Origin: Anaeramoeba ignava BMAN
Lineage: Eukaryota > Protista > Anaeramoebae
Assembly (NCBI GenBank): GCA_028826165.1
Contig: JAPDFW010000110.1
Coordinates: 1 to 64,000 of the forward strand
Reading direction: 5' to 3'
DNA: 64,000 bases
Numbering within the stretch: position 1 is the first letter of the stretch; each line of letters starts with the position of its first letter. Made by a program: the position numbers and the translations under genes. The notes under the pieces are model-generated. The model made no database searches. It was not told the DNA's origin and was given only the letters and a program-made list of their open reading frames with translations. Positions 12,812-24,406 of the stretch are shown here, piece by piece.

Positions 12812-15800
12812 ATGTCTTTTTATAAAATTCAAGAAACAAAACAATATCCAGAAATTGCACACAATTCACAAAAAATTATTGAACAGTATTTTAAAATTAA
12901 AAATTAAAAATTAAAAAATTAAAAATAATTTTAAATAATTTTTATTTAAAGAATTCAAAGAAATATTGAAGAAAGAAAATCAAGTGGAACAATTAGACAA
13001 AAAATTCAAGGTCAAACAATTCAATGTTGTGATCAATTGGGGTTTATAATTAATTTTAATTTAATTTTAATTTTAATTTTAATTTTATAAATGAATTTTA
13101 ATTTATTTAGATATAATACTCCTTCTGGAAAATCAATTACATTTGATAAGAAATTTATTACAAAACAAATGAAAGATTCAATTATGTTCCCAAAACCATT
13201 TAAAATACCAAAAAAAAAGAATCAATTTGAAACAAAATTTCAAGTTTTAGATCAAGATTGTGTTGTTGCTGCTAAAATGATAATTGAAGAAGGAATTTCC
13301 AAACAACTTCCTTTAATTTTAAATATGGCTAATCCAGATCATCCTGGAGGAGTATTATATTAAAATCAAAATCAAAATCAAAATTAAAATCAATATAAAA
13401 ATCAAAATCAAAATCAAATTCAATATCAAAATCAAAATCAAATTCAAAATCAAAATCAAATTCAATTTAAAAATCAAAATTAATATCAAAATCAAAATCA
13501 AAATTAAAATTAAAATCAAAATTAAAATTAAAATTAAAATCAAAAATCAAAATCAAATTCAAAATCAATATCAATATCAAAATCAAAATCAAAATCAAAA
13601 TCAAAATCAAAAATTAAAATTAAAATCAAAATCAAAATCAAAATTAAAATCAAAATTAAAATTAAAATCAAAATTAAAATTAAAATTAAAATCAAAATCA
13701 AAATCAAAATCAATATCAAAATTAAAATCAAAATCAAAATCAAAATCAAAATCAAAATAAAAATCAAAATAAAAATTAAAATTAATATCAAATTCAAAAT
13801 CAAAATCAAAATCAAAATTAAAATCAAAATTAAAATTAAAATCAAAATAAAAATCAAAATCAATAAAAAATCAAAATCAAAAATCAAAATCAAAAATCAA
13901 AAATCAAAATCAAAATTAAAATCAAAATCAAAATTAAAATAAAAATCAAAATTAAAATCAAAATCAAAATCAAAATCAAAATCAATTAAAATTAAAATCA
14001 AAATCAAAATTAAAATTAAAATCAAAATCAAAATCAAAATCAAAATCAAAATTAAAATCAAAATCAAAATCAAAATCAAAATTAAAAATCAAAATCAAAA
14101 TCAAAATCAAAATCAAAATCAAAATCAAAATCAAAATCAAAATCAAAATCAATATCAAAATTAAAATCAAAATTAAAATCAAAATTAAAATCAAAATTAA
14201 AATCAAAATCAAAATCAAAATTAAAATTTTGAAGGGATTTCAACATGGAGCTGGTTCACAAGGTTAATTGATTTTATTAAAATTTTATTTAATTGAATCA
14301 AATTTATAACTTTTATTTCAAAAAACAAAAAAAGAGGAAAATGTTTTTCGAAGAAGTAATTATATTCAAATTTTAACACCTTTTTATTTAAAATCATTTT
14401 CCCTCAAACGAAAATGGAAATATCCTATTCCTCAATTTGGAGGTATTTATTCGCCAAGGTAAATCAAAATTAAAATTAAAATTCAAATTAAAATTCAAAT
14501 TAAAATCAATATCAATATCAAAATTAAAATCAATATCAATATCAATATAAATATCAATATCAATATCAATATAAATATCAATATAAATATAAATATAAAT
14601 ATAAATATAAATATCAATATCAATATCAATATCAATATCAATATCAATATCAATATCAATATCAATATCAATATAAATATCAATATAAATATCAATATCA
14701 ATATCAATATCAATATCAATATCAATATCAATATAAATATAAATATAAATATCAATATCAATATCAATATCAATATCAATATCAATATCAATATCAATAT
14801 CAATATCAATATCAATATCAAAATCAAAATCAAAATCAAAATCAAAATCAAAATCAAAATCAAAATCAAAATCAAAATCAAAATCAATTAAAAAATCAAA
14901 ATTAAAATCAAAATGAAAATTCAAATCAAAATCAAAATCAAAATTAAATTCAATATTAAAATCTAAATCAAAATCAATATGAAAATTTTTAAGTGTAATA
15001 ATGTTTCGAGATTCAGAAGCAAATGGATATGAATTTTTAGAAGAACCATTTTTAGTTTCTTTTATTGCAGCAGCAGCTTTATATGATCCACCAGTCCAAG
15101 AACGAGATGGAAAAATTTGGATGGATGAAGCAACAACAAAAATCATGATGAAAAAAATTGAAAGTTTATTAAGTTGTGCTTTACATTTTGGACATGATAC
15201 ACTTGTTTTATCTGCTTGGGGTTGTGGAGCTTTTAAAAATCCTGCTCATCATGTTGCTAAAATGTTTTGGGATGTTTTCCATCAACCTCAATTTCAAGGA
15301 TTGTTTCAAAAAGTTATTTTTGCTATTTTTAATGATGAATATGCTTTCCATTCAAGAAATCCTCTTGGAAATTTCTTTCCTTTTTTATTACAATTTGGAT
15401 CTGAAAAAGATATTCAAGATTATGAAAATGAGAAGAAAAAAAAAGAAGAAATGAAAAATAAGGAAAAAGATGAAAATATTGAAAATATTGAAAATGATGA
15501 ATCAAGTGATGAAAACAATGAAAATATTGAAAACAATGAAAATATTAAAAACAATGAAAAAGATGAACAACAAAAAGATGAATCAAAAGTTGAATCAAAA
15601 GTTGAATCAAAAGATGAATCAAAAGTTGAATCAAAAGTTGAATCAAAAGATGAACCAAAAGTTGAACAACAAAAAGTTGAATCAAAAGATGAACAACAAA
15701 AAGATGAATCAAAAGATGAATTAAAAGTTGAATCAAAAGATGAATTAAAAGTTGAATCAAAAGTTGAATCAAAAGTTGAATCAAAAGATGAATCAAAAGT

Positions 15801-16158
15801 TGAATTAAAAGTTGAATCAAAAGTTGAATCAAAAGTTGAATCAAAAGATGAACAACAAAAAGATGAATCAAAAGTTGAATCAAAAGATGAATCAAAAGTT
15901 GAATCAAAAGATGAACAACAAAAAGTTGAATCAAAAGTTGAATCAAAAGATGAATCAAAAGATGAATCAAAAGATGAATCAAAAGTTGAATCAAAAGTTG
16001 AATCAAAAGTTGAATCAAAAGATGAACAACAAAAAGATGAATCAAAAGATGAATTAAAAGATGAATCAAAAGTTGAATCAAAAGTTGAATCAAAAGTTGA
16101 ATTAAAAGTTGAATTAAAAGATGAATCAAAAGATGAACAACAAAAAGATCAAAATTAA
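12812..16158 (+). CDS. Microbial-type poly(ADP-ribose) glycohydrolase (TIGR02452/DUF2263 macrodomain) with acidic repeat tail; 6 exons
   Basis: Introns 12886-12951, 13042-13110, 13352-14234, 14263-14334 and 14459-14993 are all GT-AG and phase-consistent. The spliced product reads LNMANPDHPGGGFQHGAGSQEENVFRRSNY...GGIYSPSVIMFRD...LVLSAWGCGAFKNP...VIFAI. Confidence 0.93.
13352..14234 (+). repeat. (AAAATC/AAAATT)n microsatellite filling PARG intron 3
   Basis: 883-bp intron made almost entirely of the hexamer. Confidence 0.92.
14459..14993 (+). repeat. (AATATC/AAAATC)n microsatellite filling PARG intron 5
   Basis: 535-bp intron of hexamer repeat. Confidence 0.92.
15560..16150 (+). repeat. Coding 12-bp repeat (ESKV/ESKD) in the PARG C-terminal tail
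   Basis: GAATCAAAAGTT / GAATCAAAAGAT units. Confidence 0.9.
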
Positions 16159-16374
16159 ATTTAAAATCAAAATCAAATTTAATTTTTTTCATTTTAATCT
16201 AAAATTTAACAAAATTGCTCTTCCAAATTTCTTTTATTCTCCTTTTTTTTTTGAAAAAGAAATTCCTAAATTCAAAGTAAAATCCAAAAAATTTTTAAAA
16301 ACTTTCTCTTATTTTTCTTTAATAAAGAGAAATAAAATGATTTTGAAAAAAAAAAAGAATTAGAAACGACTTTC

Positions 16375-17472
16375 TTAATAATCAAAATCTTGATTATCAT
16401 CTTCTTTATCACTTTCTTGATTATCATCTTCTTTTTTAATTTCTTGATTATCATTTTCTTTATCACTTTCTTTATCACTTTCTTGATTATCATCTTCTTT
16501 TTTAATTTCTTGATTATCATCTTCTTTTTTAATTTCTTGATTATCATCTTCTTTTTTAATTTCTTGATTATCACTTTCTTTATCACTTTCTTGGTTATCA
16601 TCTTCTTTTTTAATTTCTTGATTATCATCTTCTTTTTTAATTTCTTGATTATCATCTTCTTTTTTAATTTCTTGATTATCATCTTCTTTTTTAATTTCTT
16701 GATTATCATCTTCTTTTTTAAATTCTTGATTATCATCTTCTTTATCACTTTCTTTATCACTTTCTTGATTGTCATTTTCTTTATTTTCATCTTCTTTGTC
16801 TTGAGTTGAAAGTGTTTCTAATTTCTTCTTCATTTCTTCTTGTTTTGTTTGAAAATTAAGTTTTGTTTGATTGAGTTCTTGTTCCAATTCTGGATTTTGA
16901 ATTGCTTTAATTTTTGGTTCCATATTTTGGATTGCTTCTTGAGCTTTTTTGTTTAATTTATCAAAAGATCTTTGATATTTTTTCAAATCCTTATCTTTTT
17001 TCTTATCTTTTTTCTTATCTTTTTTCTTATCTTTTTTCTTATCTTTTTTCTTTGATTTTTTATTTGATTTTTTCTTAGATTTTTTATTTGGTTTCTTTTG
17101 TTTGTCAGTTTTTTCAATTTTCATTTTTAATTTATCTTGTTTGTTTTCAAGTTTCATTTTTTGTTTTAAAAAATCTAATTGAGTTTTATAATCTTTTTGA
17201 ATTTGTTGTTTTTTTCTTTTTTTTTCTTTTTTCTTTTGTTTTTTTAATTTTTTTTTATTAACTGGTTTTTCTTCTTTTTCTGAATCAGTTTCTTGACTTT
17301 CTTCTTGGCTTTCTTGTTGGTTATCTTGTTGGCTTTCATTTTGATTCTCTTGATTTAAATTTTGGGGGTTTGTTTCTTTTTCTTCAATTTCAAAATTATT
17401 TTCATTTTGATTTTCATTTTGATTTTCATTTTGATTTTTTTCAGTTGAATTTGAATTTGGGAAATAATCCAT
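16375..17472 (-). CDS. Low-complexity K-rich/acidic hypothetical protein with 27-bp (EIKKEDDNQ) repeats
   Basis: 365-aa ATG ORF with a non-repetitive coiled-coil middle; repeat at ~16390-16770. Confidence 0.65.
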   Translation of the reverse strand: MDYFPNSNSTEKNQNENQNENQNENNFEIEEKETNPQNLNQENQNESQQDNQQESQEESQETDSEKEEKPVNKKKLKKQKKKEKKRKKQQIQKDYKTQLDFLKQKMKLENKQDKLKMKIEKTDKQKKPNKKSKKKSNKKSKKKDKKKDKKKDKKKDKKKDKDLKKYQRSFDKLNKKAQEAIQNMEPKIKAIQNPELEQELNQTKLNFQTKQEEMKKKLETLSTQDKEDENKENDNQESDKESDKEDDNQEFKKEDDNQEIKKEDDNQEIKKEDDNQEIKKEDDNQEIKKEDDNQESDKESDNQEIKKEDDNQEIKKEDDNQEIKKEDDNQESDKESDKENDNQEIKKEDDNQESDKEDDNQDFDY

Positions 17473-17663
17473 TTTAACTTAAAAGAAAAGAAATGAAAAG
17501 AAAAATGAAATAATTAAAATTAAAATTAATTTTAGTTTTTCTTTTTTTGCTTTTTTTAATCAATAAGAAATAACTGTATTTTCTTTGTCATCTTTACCAT
17601 TTATTTTATAAAGACAAGAATAAGAAATAATTTTTTCGTTTTTTACATTTTTATTCAAAATAA

Positions 17664-18555
17664 TTTTTATTCCACTTTTTTTTAATCAAATATTTTAAAT
17701 TGAATTTGAATTGATTTGAATTTGAATTTGAATTGAATTTGAATTGAATTGAATTGAAATTGAATTTGAATTGAATTTAAATTAAATATTGAATTGAATT
17801 GAATTTGAAATTCAATTTGATTTTTATTCCACTTTTTTATTTGAATTGAATTTAAATTGAATTTGAATTGAATTAAATTGAATTTGAATTGAATTTGAAT
17901 TGAATTTGAATTAAATTGAAATTGAATTGAATTTGAATTGAATTGAATTTGAATTTGAAATTGAATTGAAATTGAATTGAATTGAATTGAATTGAATTGA
18001 ATTTGAAATTGAATTTGATTTGAATTGAATTGAATTTGAATTTGAATTGAATTTGATTTTTATTCCACTTTTTTATTTGAATTGAATTGAATTGAATTGA
18101 ATTTGAATTTGAATTGAATTTGAATTGAATTTAAATTGAATTTGATTTTTATTCCACTTTTTTATTTCATTTTTTGAATTGAATTTGAATTTGAATTGAT
18201 TTTTGAATTGATTTTAATTTGGTTTTTATTTTGAATTTTTATTGACTTTTGATTTTTATTCCACTTTTTATTGAATTTTTTGAATTGAATTTTGAATTGA
18301 ATTGAATTAAATTTGAATTTGAATTGAATTTTGAATTTGAAATTTTGAATTTGATTTAAATTGAATTTGAATTGAATTGAATTTGAATTGAATTTGAATT
18401 GAATTTGAATTTGAATTTGATTTTTATTCCACTTTTTTATTTGAATTGAATTTGAATTTGAATTTGATTTTTATTCCACTTTTTTTTTTGAATTTGAATT
18501 GAATTTGAATTGAATTTGAATTGAATTTCAATTTGATTTTTATTCCACTTTTTTG
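17664..18555 (+). repeat. Array of 8 TTTTTATTCCACTTTTT motifs embedded in TTGAA/TTTGAA microsatellite
   Basis: TCCACT at 17671, 17828, 18064, 18153, 18260, 18428, 18475 and 18544. Confidence 0.88.
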
Positions 18556-18617
18556 ATTAAATTTGAATTAAATTTGAATTTGAATTAAATTTTAAATTCA
18601 TTTTTCATTTTTAAAAA

Positions 18618-20273
18618 ATGATAAACAGAACAAAAATAACACTATTAATACTATTTACATTATCAATATCATGTATTCTAGTAACAGTTTTTGTTAAAGT
18701 TCATCAAAAAACAATAAAAGAAAAAACAAATTACGCAATAGTAATTGACGCAGGATCAACAGGAAGCCGACTACACATTTTTTACTGGGAAACACCCAAC
18801 GGATTCGACACACCATATATAGAGGAAATGGAAACCTTTAACGAAACAGAACCAGGAATATCAGATTGTTTAAATAACTTAACGCAAATTGATTTTCTAA
18901 TAGGAAACTTACTTGACGCAGCAATCCAATTTATTCCTCAAGAAAATCATCAAGAAACACCAGTTTTTTTAAAAGCAACTGCAGGAATGAGGCTTTTAAG
19001 CAAGCAAAACCAAGATATTATTATTCAAAAATGTCAAGATGTTGTTTCAAAATATCCTTTTCTTTACAACCCGCAGGAAATACAAGTTATAAGTGGCGAA
19101 GATGAGGGATTATATGGATGGATCAGTATTAATTATTTGGCGGGCAACTTTTTAAATTATGTCGAAAATAAAGTCACTTACGGATCTTTAGATTTGGGCG
19201 GTGCTTCAACACAAATAGCTTTTATTCCAAAAGAAAATCAATTACTTTATAATTATTCAAAAAGTGTTCATATCAATTCAACAGATTATATACTTTATTC
19301 AACATCTTTTCTTGGATATGGAATCACAGAATCAAATATTGATGTGATTGATTACTTAATATCACAAAATGAGTATTTAGTTGAGGATGTGATTCAATCT
19401 CCCTGTTTTCCTTTAGGATTAAATGCAAATTTTTGCAGAACAAATGGAGACGATTGCAGGACAATCAACGGAACAGGGAATTTCTCGCAATGCTCAGACA
19501 TTATTAAGCAGGCAAAATTCCCAAATGCTTCCTGTCAATATCCGCATTGTTCAATAAATGGAACTTTTCAACCTGAAGTTACTGATTATTATTATGCAAC
19601 TTCAGTTTATTATTATGTTAATGAGTTTTTTTTTGGAAACTCAAATAACACCTCGTCAATTCAAGACATTCAACAGCAAGGGATTGCGTATTGCAATCTC
19701 ACATTCTCGGAAATCATCAACAAATACGGAAATGATAGTGATCTTCTTCCGTTTCTGGAAATATATTGTTTTGATTCAGCTTATTTAACTACTCTTCTTC
19801 ATTCTGGCTTTGGTTTCCAAACTTCGGGCCAGCAAACCATCAACAAAGTAGACTCTATTAATGGTATTTCTGTCTCTTGGACCTTGGGAGCAATCATTGC
19901 TGAAAATCAATTTTTCGAATATTCAACTCAATCATCTAGTTCTCGTTTTGTTACTAAAATTCCAGGAATTATTTTGGTTTCTTTCTTTAGTCTTTTCATT
20001 GTTGTTCTTCTTATTCTTTATTGTCGTCTTCGTTCCAAATCAAAAAAATCTTCAATTTATCATTTTTCTGATCAAGATGATGTTGAAGATTTGCATTCTT
20101 CTGATGATTATAAATTTTCACATATTGATAAATATAAAGATGAAGAGATTAAAGAAGAAAACTTAAGATTATATGATAGTCAAGAGATTTTTAATTTAAT
20201 TCAATTTAAATCAAAAGAATTAAATAATAAAATTTTTTTCCGATTTAATTTTTTAATTTATAATTTTTTATAA
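18618..20273 (+). CDS. GDA1/CD39-family NTPDase (apyrase) with N- and C-terminal TM helices
   Basis: Apyrase conserved regions VIDAGSTGSRLHIF, LKATAGMRLL, ISGEDEGLYGWISINYL, LDLGGASTQIAF, SWTLGA. The exact stop is uncertain because the last ~25 codons look non-coding. Confidence 0.96.
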   Translation: MINRTKITLLILFTLSISCILVTVFVKVHQKTIKEKTNYAIVIDAGSTGSRLHIFYWETPNGFDTPYIEEMETFNETEPGISDCLNNLTQIDFLIGNLLDAAIQFIPQENHQETPVFLKATAGMRLLSKQNQDIIIQKCQDVVSKYPFLYNPQEIQVISGEDEGLYGWISINYLAGNFLNYVENKVTYGSLDLGGASTQIAFIPKENQLLYNYSKSVHINSTDYILYSTSFLGYGITESNIDVIDYLISQNEYLVEDVIQSPCFPLGLNANFCRTNGDDCRTINGTGNFSQCSDIIKQAKFPNASCQYPHCSINGTFQPEVTDYYYATSVYYYVNEFFFGNSNNTSSIQDIQQQGIAYCNLTFSEIINKYGNDSDLLPFLEIYCFDSAYLTTLLHSGFGFQTSGQQTINKVDSINGISVSWTLGAIIAENQFFEYSTQSSSSRFVTKIPGIILVSFFSLFIVVLLILYCRLRSKSKKSSIYHFSDQDDVEDLHSSDDYKFSHIDKYKDEEIKEENLRLYDSQEIFNLIQFKSKELNNKIFFRFNFLIYNFL

Positions 20274-20334
20274 AAAATTTTTTTCATTTTTTTTTCATTT
20301 TTTTTTTTTCATTCTTTAAAAAAAAATAATATAA

Positions 20335-23300
20335 ATGGAAACTAGACAAAAAAGAAAATTGAAATTACAACAACAAGAAAATGAAGTTATTGAATCATCA
20401 CAACTTGAAGAAGCAAAAAGATCTAAACCAACAACTCCAATTAAAAACAAAAGCAACTCCAATTAAAAACAAAACAAAAATAAAAGCAAAATCAGCAACA
20501 CCAAAAAAATCAAAAATAAAAATTCCTAAAAAAACAAAATCATCAACAAAACAAAAAAAATCAAAAATAAAAAAACACAAAAAAGATGAAGATGTTTTTT
20601 TAAATCCAACCGATTTTTCAATTCAAAAAGATGGATCAATAAAATTAGCTTCAAAACAAACAAAAACAATAACTTGGGTTATTGAGGAATTAAATGAATG
20701 TTCAATAAATGAACTTTCCCAATTTATTCGGAAATATCAATTAGAAAATCAATTTGCAACTCAATCAAAAGAATTAGAAAAACAACTTATGAATTCGATT
20801 CAAGAAAGAAAAAATTTGGAAGAAATTTTCCAATCAAAAAATAAGTTGGAGGAAAATATAAAGGAAAATACAAAGGAAAATATTATGAATATTGAATTAA
20901 AAGAAAATTTGATTCAAAATCAAAATCAAAATCAAAATCAACAAATAATTTTAGATGAAAAACAACTAATAAAAAAACTTGTTTTGATGGTGTTCCTTTT
21001 TAATTATTTCCAACAATCAGATCGTGGATTTGGAAAATTCAATGAAAATAAATCCGTTGTTTCTGTAAAATTTGGAATTAAACAAAAACCAAAAACATTG
21101 GAACAACTTTACAAATTCACAATGAATCAATTAAGAGATGTTGCAAAATATTATCAAATTAGTTTGAGAGGATTAAAAAGAAAGCAAGAAATTGTCAATC
21201 TTTTGCAATTATATACACTTAATCTGAGTTCTTTAAGAAGAAAATGCAGGAAAAGACAAGAATCCATTTTAGGCACAAAAAGAGAATTAGTTGAAAGAGT
21301 AAGAGCAAATGACATCTATAAAAACCAAACATTTCCTCAAGAAATTGGAGAAGATCTTCTCGTCAAAATTTTTGCATATCTTCCCATCAAATCATTAATG
21401 AATTGCTCCGTTGTTTGCCAAGATTGGGCTCGTGCTGCAAATTGCAATTCTTTGTGGAAGAAAATTTATGATCAAAAAGTCGGTGTTCAAGATGAATTTC
21501 TTGATCAAAATATTTCTTATAAATCTCAACTTATCCAAAAATTGAAAACTCGTTGTTATTATTGTGATTATATTCATGCAAAACAAAAGGTTCACGATAC
21601 TTATTTTTGTGAAAGTTGCTTTTCAGCATTATCGAATTTCATTCTTCGTACTTATGATTATAGAAAGCACTTTTTTTTATGTAGAATATCATTTCAAAAA
21701 CAAAAAAACAATAATTTATTATTAACATTTTAAATATTTTTTTATATCATTTCGATTTACAAACAAACAAACAAAAAAAAAAGCCGTAAAAGATTCACAA
21801 AATATCCAAGATTTTTCACTTCCAAAAATTATTCAATTAGTAGAAGATATTTATGGATCAACAGATTTACCCAAAAAATATCGAAGAGCACTTCGATTAC
21901 ACCAAAATTTAGAATATTATGGATGTCCATATCTTCCATTCTCAAAGAAAATTTCAACATCCGAACAAACAAAGAATTTGGCAATGAGATGGATTCAGGA
22001 AATTGACCGATCCATTTCAGGATCAAAATTAACAACCCAAATCATCAATGAATTGCTTGAAACAAAAAAAGCAAATCTCCAAAAATCACTTGAATCAATT
22101 AATTTGCAAAATCCTGAATTACTCAAGTATTTGGATAATTATATCAAGTTGATTGACGGTTATTCCCTCGAAAAACCTGATCAAGAAATCATTCAGAATG
22201 GAATCGATAAATTTTTTCTGGATTTTCAAGAAAAACTATTTCTTCACTTCATTTCTTTATGTCCAACAGTTGTCAATCCCCAATTATTTCGTCCAGAATT
22301 CAGTTCATTCAAATTCATTTCAATTTCTAATGAGTTTGAAAGGATTCAATCAAGATTGCAAGAAACACAACTCATATTAACAAATTTACAAAATTGCAAT
22401 ATGGATGAAATTTATGAACAATATAGTGAAATTCACAACGATATTGAATCAATCAGAAAATATTCATTTATTGTTCTTCTTCGTAATGAATCATGGATTT
22501 TCTCTCAATATCGACAAAAATTCATAATTGAAAACATCGAAACACTGCAAACAGAATTTATTCGTTTCATCAAAAATACTGATGGAAATCAATCCAATAA
22601 AGATGTCAATTTGATAGATTTGGTTTCTTTTAATATGAATGATGAAAATGAAAATGAAAATGAAAATGAAAATGAAAATGAAGATGAAAATGAAAATGAA
22701 AATGAAATTCAAAATTATAATGAAGATGATGATGAAAATTTGCAAATATTGAATTTTCCTCAAGAAAGTATCATTTGGAATTTCATTCTCTTTTTCAAAT
22801 CTGATTTAAAAAACTATTCCTATTCAAATATTTCAAATTTTGATTTGGGTTCAAATTTCTTTAACGCTTTTAACCAATTATTCCAAATCAAACTCAAGGA
22901 AATTTTCAAAGTCATAAACGACGAAATTATTCGGGAAATCAATCAATATTTCTCGCAAATCATTGCGTCAATTTCACAAGGAAAAGGATATATTCCTGAG
23001 GAAGAAAAGAAGAAAACAATTCAATGCACAATCAACTTGGAGTTTACACTTATTAAGAAATTCTTTATTCGTGTTTTAATTGAACATATTTATTATTCAC
23101 ACAATTTCACAGACGAATTACAGGATCATATGGTGAAAATTTGCCAAGAAGAAATTTCTAAAATTGAAGCGCAATTGCTTGAAATGAACTTTATTCCGAT
23201 CGAAAATCCGAATTTTAAAGAAAGTGGGGAATCTTTAAGGAATTTTGTCAATTCATTAGCAACAAAACTTGCGGTTGTTTTTCTTCAACCCAAAATTTTG

Positions 23301-24344
23301 AAACTTGTATCAAATGGAATTTTGGAAAGATTCAAAGATGGTCATTTCCACAAACAAATTATCAAAAAGGATGATCAAATTAAAAAATATCGAAACGGCG
23401 CTCATTTAATTGCAAACTTATCTGAAGATGTTCCGCATTTTGTTGATTTGATTGCGGAAAAATACACTTTATTTATTGAGCAATTACAAAAAAGATTGTT
23501 TGAAACTAAAAAATGTAAAATTGACACAAATGTCGGGTTTCTTATTCTTTTTGAATTGGATCCCTATTTGATTACATACATCAACACCAAAGTTGTTGAT
23601 CCACTTGATCCACGCCGTCTTGTCGATAAATATGAAAAGAAAATAGAAAAACTTGCAAATGAATATGTCCAGAGGATTTTAGATGATCCAGAACTTGTTT
23701 TCAAACAAAAATTGGAGCGTTTGAAAAAAATGCAATTTGAAAATTATTATTTTAGTGTTTCATCTTCAAAAAAATCAAAATGGAAACTTGATACTTTGCT
23801 TTCAACTTCGGCCGCAAATAATTTTTTTGAGAAGGAGTTTTATACAATTTATTCTTCCGAAGATTTAAAGTATTGTTATGATCAAATAATAGCAGAACTT
23901 ATTAAAAACAATGTAAATGAAGACACAACATTTCAAATCAAATGGAATCCACATCAAAGAAGATATTATTTAATGGAATATATCAAAAATCACTTGAAAT
24001 GTGATTCAAACACTGCTCAAATGTTCATCTCAACAGAAATTGCTCAAAAATACATTAAGCAGGGAAGTAAAAATCATACACTTGAAAAAATTGCGTTTTC
24101 CATCTTTGCAAATGCTGTCAAAATGAATAGAAATTCCCCAATTTATATTTATTATCAAATATCTCAAGCTTCTTCAAAAAGTATTTTATTTGATCAAAGA
24201 TATTATGAAGTTTTAACACAATTCCCCAAAGTTTTTCAGTCTGATGGTTATCATTTAACTCTATCATCTTTTTCCAAATTTGATATTTACTCCATTTTTT
24301 TGACAAAATGGTTTCAAAACAAATTTCCTTATTGGTTCAAATGA
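20335..24344 (+). CDS. Large SAP-like + F-box + CxxC..CxxC protein (joins track ORFs 20381-21733 and 21978-24344)
   Basis: ATG 20335 (METRQKRKL) with an indel near 20445; GTKRELVERV (SAP-like); IGEDLLVKIFAYLPIKSLMNCSVVCQDW...LWKKIY (F-box); CYYC..CESC. Phase-1 GT-AG intron 21681-21783 links in frame to the downstream ORF. Confidence 0.82.
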
Positions 24345-24406
24345 TTTTTTTTTAAAAAAAAATAATAAAAGGAGATTAAAATTAATTTGAAAATGATTTT
24401 TAATAT

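Noticed and set aside
13355-15146. ORFs of ILILIL / DFDFDF / KIKIKI / SKSKSK (also 27852-28289, 33168-33711, 45334-45774, 49816-50428, 15545-16809, 59579-59800)
   Set aside because: Stop-free alternative frames of simple repeats, lying in introns, antisense to real genes or in intergenic repeats.
17664-18555. CRISPR-like repeat-spacer appearance
   Set aside because: Spacers are microsatellite of irregular length, the context is eukaryotic and there are no cas genes.
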